Shown here: in pieces, positions 59,332 to 64,000 of the stretch
Position numbering within the stretch: position 1 is the stretch's first letter
Layout: every line of letters starts with the position of its first letter
Assembly (NCBI RefSeq): GCF_046119375.1
Contig: NW_027362763.1
Location: 621,922,001 to 621,986,000 of the forward strand
Direction of reading: 5' to 3'
DNA length: 64,000 bases
DNA from: Phyllobates terribilis
Lineage: Eukaryota
The notes under the pieces: model-generated
What the model was told of the DNA's origin: nothing
Seen by the model: only the letters and a program-made list of their open reading frames with translations
The model's database searches: none
Translations under genes and position numbers: made by a program

Positions 59332-61055
59332 TTGTTCCAATTTTTGGGAGGTAGAATGAACATAATAGACAGCAGTACAACAATAGTTCTTATTTTTATT
59401 TTTGCACGGTTCACGATGCGGTATAGGCGTTAAGGCGGATTTATTCTTCGGGTCGGTGCAATTACAGCGCTACCAGTTGCAGATTTTTTTGGTACCATTT
59501 TGGGGCATACAGTTGTTTTTGATCGCTTTTTATTCATATTTTTCTGACACATAATGAACAAAAACCAGCAATTCAGTTGTTTATTTTTTGCGCCATTCAC
59601 TGTACAGTAAAAGTGATAAGACCGATTTGTTCGTCGGGTCGGTACGATTACAACAATACCAGATTTATATAGTTTTTTTATGCCTTGCTATTTTTACAGA
59701 CTAAAAACAATATTTTAAAAAAATGTATTTGTTTTTGCATCATCATATTCTGAGAGCTGTAACTTTTTTATTTTTTTGCTGGATGGTTTGGCGTTTCATT
59801 TCTACAATTTTATTTTTACATACGAATTTTGATCGCCTTTTATTCACTTGTTTGTGAGTCAGTATGATGAAAATGCGACATTTTTGGGTGTTTCTTTTCT
59901 TTTTTTATGGAGTTCGCCATATGAAATAAATAACTTGCCAGTTTTATAGAGCGGGTTTTTCCGCGGGTTTATCACAAACGCTGTGTTTTGTGTAGCAAAA
60001 CTGATATTAGAGATTTGTGTGAGTTTTTTTTTTAACTTTTTTATATATTTTATTTTTACTTTTTTTTTTCCAAGTCCCACTGTGGGACATGTATAATTTT
60101 GATTGCTGGTCTCATACACTGCAGTACTTGTGTACTGCAGTGCATGAGAGCAGTCATTGAGTCACTGACTTAGCCTGTGAGACAGATCTCACAACGCACC
60201 ATACCCCGAGGTCATCACATGACCTCAGGCTACCATGGTAACCATTGGGACCCGCGATTCTCTTTGTGGGGGTCCTGCGACCCCCTTGTAACAATTTAAA
60301 TACCGCCATCACTTTTGACAGCACTATTTAAGGTGTTAATCGGCCCAGATCAGCTTCAAATCCGGCTGGGGCCAATACTGCAGGGAGTCAGCTGTCATAC
60401 ACCCACCGGAAATTTGGTTGCGGGGTGCCATTGTTCCTCAGCACCGATAAACAGCGGTGCTGAAAAATAAGCACCCTTGGCTACTGTCGTTAAAAGCCGT
60501 ATCGGCGGTCGTTAAGGGGTTAACCACTTTATGACGTATGCCGTAATAGTATGACACATGTCGGATCCCCGTTTGGTGCGGGCTCCGGCGCTGAGCCAGC
60601 GGTCGTCACTAATAGCACGTAAGCAATTTTGCTACACACAAGTGATCTGAAACAAAAAAAAAAAGTTAAATTTTTTTTTTTACAAATATAAAAAAATAAA
60701 AAAAAAGTTTAAATCATCCCCTTTTCGCCCCATTCAAAATAAAAAAAAATCACATATAAACATATTTGATATTGCCGCGTTCAGAATCGCCTGATCTATC
60801 AATATAAAAACGAATTAATCCGATGGCGTAACAAAAAAATAATTAAAAATGTTAGAATTAAGTTATTTTGATCACGGCTACATTGCAATAAAATGCTATA
60901 AAGGGAGATCGGATCTACCTATCAATTAAAACATCAGCTTGGCATGCAAAAAATAAGCCCTTACCCAGCCCCAGATCCCCAAAAATGAAGACGATACGGG
61001 TCTTGGAAAATGGCACCTTTTTTTTTTTTTTATTTACATATATATATGTAAAATA

Positions 61056-61765
61056 CACAGGGTGGTCCAAAAGTAGGTGGACAGAAAGTGTAATAAGGTT
61101 ATGAAGGGGGAGATTTATCAGACACTAAATTGCAGCCGCCTGTCTGGATCATCCTCCAATAAACCATGAATTAGACGTGGACGATAAGCTTTCCACCCAA
61201 TAGATTTCAGGATTCGCATGATAGAAGCTCGTGAAATTCACAATTCCACAGAGGCTCTTCTGGTGGACTTTTCTGGACTCTGAACAAATGTCTCAGCAAC
61301 AAGATGTTTATTATCTTCTGTACAGACTGTTTTGGGTCGACCAGTTTTTGGAGCATTAAGGATTGAGCCAGTGGCATTGAATTTGTCATGAATGCTATAA
61401 ATGGTTTGTCTCTTTGGGGCTTGAGTACCAAATGTTTCAACCCAATTTGCTCTAACGGTTTCAGCATTTTGAGATTTCCAATACTCTGTTAAAATCCATT
61501 TTCTTTGATCTGTATTTCAATTATTTGCCATTATGTGTTATCTGAATTATCTGAAAAGAAAACAGATTTGGGGGAGATCTATCTGTGAAAACTAGATCTC
61601 TGAAACTGGCTCAGTTGCCCTTAGTAACCAATCAGATTCCACCTTTCATTTTCCAAAGAGTCTGTGAGGAATGAAAAGTGGAATCTGATTGGTTGCTAAG
61701 GGCAACTGACCCAGTTTCACTTTACACCATGTTTGATAAATCTCCCCCTTCATAATCTTATTACA

Positions 61766-61798
<33 letters not shown>
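61056..61798. mobile_element. Tc1/mariner-type MITE with long TIR; right TIR partly replaced by (TG)14
   Basis: TA|CACAGGGTGGTCCAAAAGTAGG. A 40-bp inverted repeat at 61081-61120 and 61734-61773 has one mismatch. Ends TGTG|TA. Confidence 0.72.
61771..61798. repeat. (TG)14 microsatellite
   Basis: Read directly from the sequence. Confidence 0.98.
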
Positions 61799-61805
<7 letters not shown>

Positions 61806-62189
61806 CAAACTTTGGATCTTTTTTCACCACTTAAATGAAAAAGAACCTATACATGTTTGGTATCTACAAACTCGTAATGACCTGGAGAGTCATAATGGCT
61901 CGTCAGTTTTAGCATTTAGTGAACATGGTAAAAAAAATAAAAAAAAAACAACTGTGGAATTGCACTTTTTTTGCAGTTTCACCGTACTTGGAATTTTTTC
62001 CCCGTTTTCCAGAACAATATATGGCAAAACCAATGGTGTCGTTCAAAAGTACAATTTGTCTCCCAAAATATAAGCCCTCACATGGCCATATTGACCGAAA
62101 AATAAAAAAAAGTTACAGCTCTGGGAAGAAGGGGAGCAAAAAACGAAAATGAAAAAATTGAAAATGGCCTGGTCATTAAAGGGTTACAT

Positions 62190-63572
62190 AGCATTTTATT
62201 GCATGAATTAAGTATTTGATCACCTACAAACCAGCAAGAATTGTGGCTCTCACAGACCTGTTAGTTTTTTTTTTAGGTTTTTTTTTTTTTTAAGAAGCCC
62301 TCCTACTCTGCACTCATTACCTGTATTAATTGCACCTGTTTGAACTTGTTACCTGTATATAAAAGACACTTGTCCACACACTCAATCAATCAATCACACT
62401 CTAACCTCTCCACCACAGCCAAGACCAAAGAGCTGTCTAAGAACACCAGGGACAAAAATTGTAGACCTGCAAAAAGCTGGGATGGTCAACAGGACAATAG
62501 ACAAGCAGCTTGGTAAGAAGGCAACCACTGTTGGCACAATTATTAGAAAATGTTCTCGGTCTGGGGCTCCATGCAAGATCTCGCCTTGTGGGGTAAATAT
62601 GACTCAGAGAGGTCAGAAATCAGCCCAGAACTACACGTGAGGACCTGGTCAATGACCTGAAGAGAGCTACAACCACAGTCTCAAACATTACCGTTAGTAA
62701 CACACTGTCGTCATGGATTAAAATCCTGCAGGGCACGCAAGGTCCCCCAGCTCACGCCAGCACATGTCCGGGCTTGTTTTAAGTTCGCAAATGACCATCT
62801 GGATGATCCAGAAGAGGCAGGGAGAAGGTTCATGTGGTCAGATGAGACCAAAATAGAACTTTTTGATATCTACTCCACTTGTGTTTGGAGGAAGAAAAAG
62901 GATGAGTACAACTCCAAAAACACCGTACCAATCGTGAAGCATGGTGGGAGAAACAATACTTTGGAGGTGCTTTTCTACAAAGGAGACAGGATGGCTGTAC
63001 TATATTGAAGGGAGGATGGATGGGGTCATATATCGTGAGATATAGAAGAGCATTGAAGATGGGTTGTGGCTGGGTCTTCCAGCATGACAATGACCCAAAA
63101 CACACGGCCAGGACAACTAAGGAGTGGCTCTGTAATTAGCATTTCAAAATCCTGGAGTGACCTAGCCAGTCTCCAGACCTTAAACCAAAAGAAAATCTTT
63201 GGAGGGAGCTGAAACTCAATTTTGTCAACTGACATCCCTGAAGATCTGTATGGAGAAGTGGTCCAAAATCCCTGCTGCAGTGTGTATAAACTTAGTCAAG
63301 AACTACAGGAAACGTCTGACCTTTGTAATTGCAAACAAAGGTTTCTGTACCAAATATTAAGTTCTGTTTTTCTATTATATCAAATACTTAAATTAAATTA
63401 CATTTTATTGCATGAAATATTTCAAAATCATGTGATTTTCTGTTTTTTATTCTTAGATTCTGTCTCTCACAGGTGAAGTGTACCTATGATAAAAATTACA
63501 GACCTCTACATTCTTTGTAGGTGGGAAAACTTGCAAAATCGGCAATGTATCAAATACATATTTTCCACACTG
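62190..63572 (+). mobile_element. Degenerate near full-length Tc1 element
   Basis: AKTKELS start (~62419, ATG lost), WSDETKIELF and [10 protein letters not shown]. Right end ATCAAATACATATTTTCCACACTG. Confidence 0.88.
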
Positions 63573-63689
63573 AACAAATTCTGGTGGGCTGGAGGGCACT
63601 GTCAGGTTTCCTTTAACTAATTTGAATTATAATTTTGTCCTGGCACATAGTTGATATTTTTGGTTCTCTCTAGCGGTTTCAGTGCCTTT

Positions 63690-64000
63690 TCAGGACACTC
63701 ACTTCTAGGATTACAGCCTTCGGTTGTTGATGTAGTTTTGATAAAATCACAGTTTTATCAGCAGGAGATTATCAGTAGAGGACATGTAAACCTGCTACCA
63801 TGTAGTCCTCCATATTAATGAGGACTGTATAATTCCTCCACTACCACTGACTGGCAGCGTTATGACTATGCACAGCGCACACAGAAAGCTGTCAATCAGT
63901 GATTTGGGTGACGTTACACAGAGCTCAGCATTGAGAGAGCTAGTAGATTTGCAGTAGATAAAACACTTTTTAATAAAAGCTGCAACCAGAAAAGTACAAC
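63690..64000. mobile_element. Kolobok/T2-type MITE fragment
   Basis: Homologous to 35050-35330 (TTTGATAAAATCAC.GTTTTATCAGCAGGAGATTATCA). Runs off the window edge. Confidence 0.6.

Larger units (their letters stand above)
55976..60519 (-). mobile_element. Long piggyBac-derived non-autonomous element with repeated modules and two nested MITEs
   Basis: Ends CGGCGGTCGTTAAGGGG|TTAA. Repeated GACCCCATTTT-GAAACTAGACCCCTCAAG modules homologous to 41477-42587. Confidence 0.8.
60524..62183 (+). mobile_element. piggyBac-family non-autonomous element, interrupted by a mariner-type MITE
   Basis: TTAA|CCACTTTATGACGTATGCCGTAATAG ... GGCCTGGTCATTAAAGGG|TTAC. Confidence 0.78.

Noticed and set aside
20854-60519. 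Perfect 17-bp inverted match (CCCCTTAACGACCGCCG) suggesting a 40-kb piggyBac
   Set aside because: Both are left-type ends of related elements in opposite orientation. The 60519 end belongs to the element running from ~55976.

Overview
This is eukaryotic DNA made almost entirely of nested transposable-element debris. The repeat repertoire suggests an amphibian, probably an anuran; that is inference and cannot be verified here. No host protein-coding gene, rRNA, tRNA gene or CRISPR array is supported. Retroelements: seven Penelope-like element (PLE) loci with RT and/or GIY-YIG, four of whose pseudo-LTR regions carry minimal type-I hammerhead ribozyme motifs; two Gypsy LTR elements from different clades (Gmr1-like with a SCAN-domain gag, PR-IN-RT order and a tRNA-Ala PBS; and a chromovirus); four L2 LINE pieces; one V-SINE. 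DNA elements: about nine Tc1/mariner copies, a TTAA-bounded piggyBac with a decayed transposase plus several non-autonomous relatives, and Harbinger-type, hAT and Kolobok-type MITEs. There are also four minisatellite arrays, two of them with higher-order structure. The most notable observations are the hammerheads repeatedly hit at one catalytic CpG, a CRE-rich core with outward-facing splice donors shared by MITEs of three superfamilies, a twin-priming-like PLE inversion, and a Tc1 carrying a captured 448-bp tandem duplicate. Boundaries without a TSD are approximate (tens of bp). All family assignments come from motif recognition by eye, not database searches.
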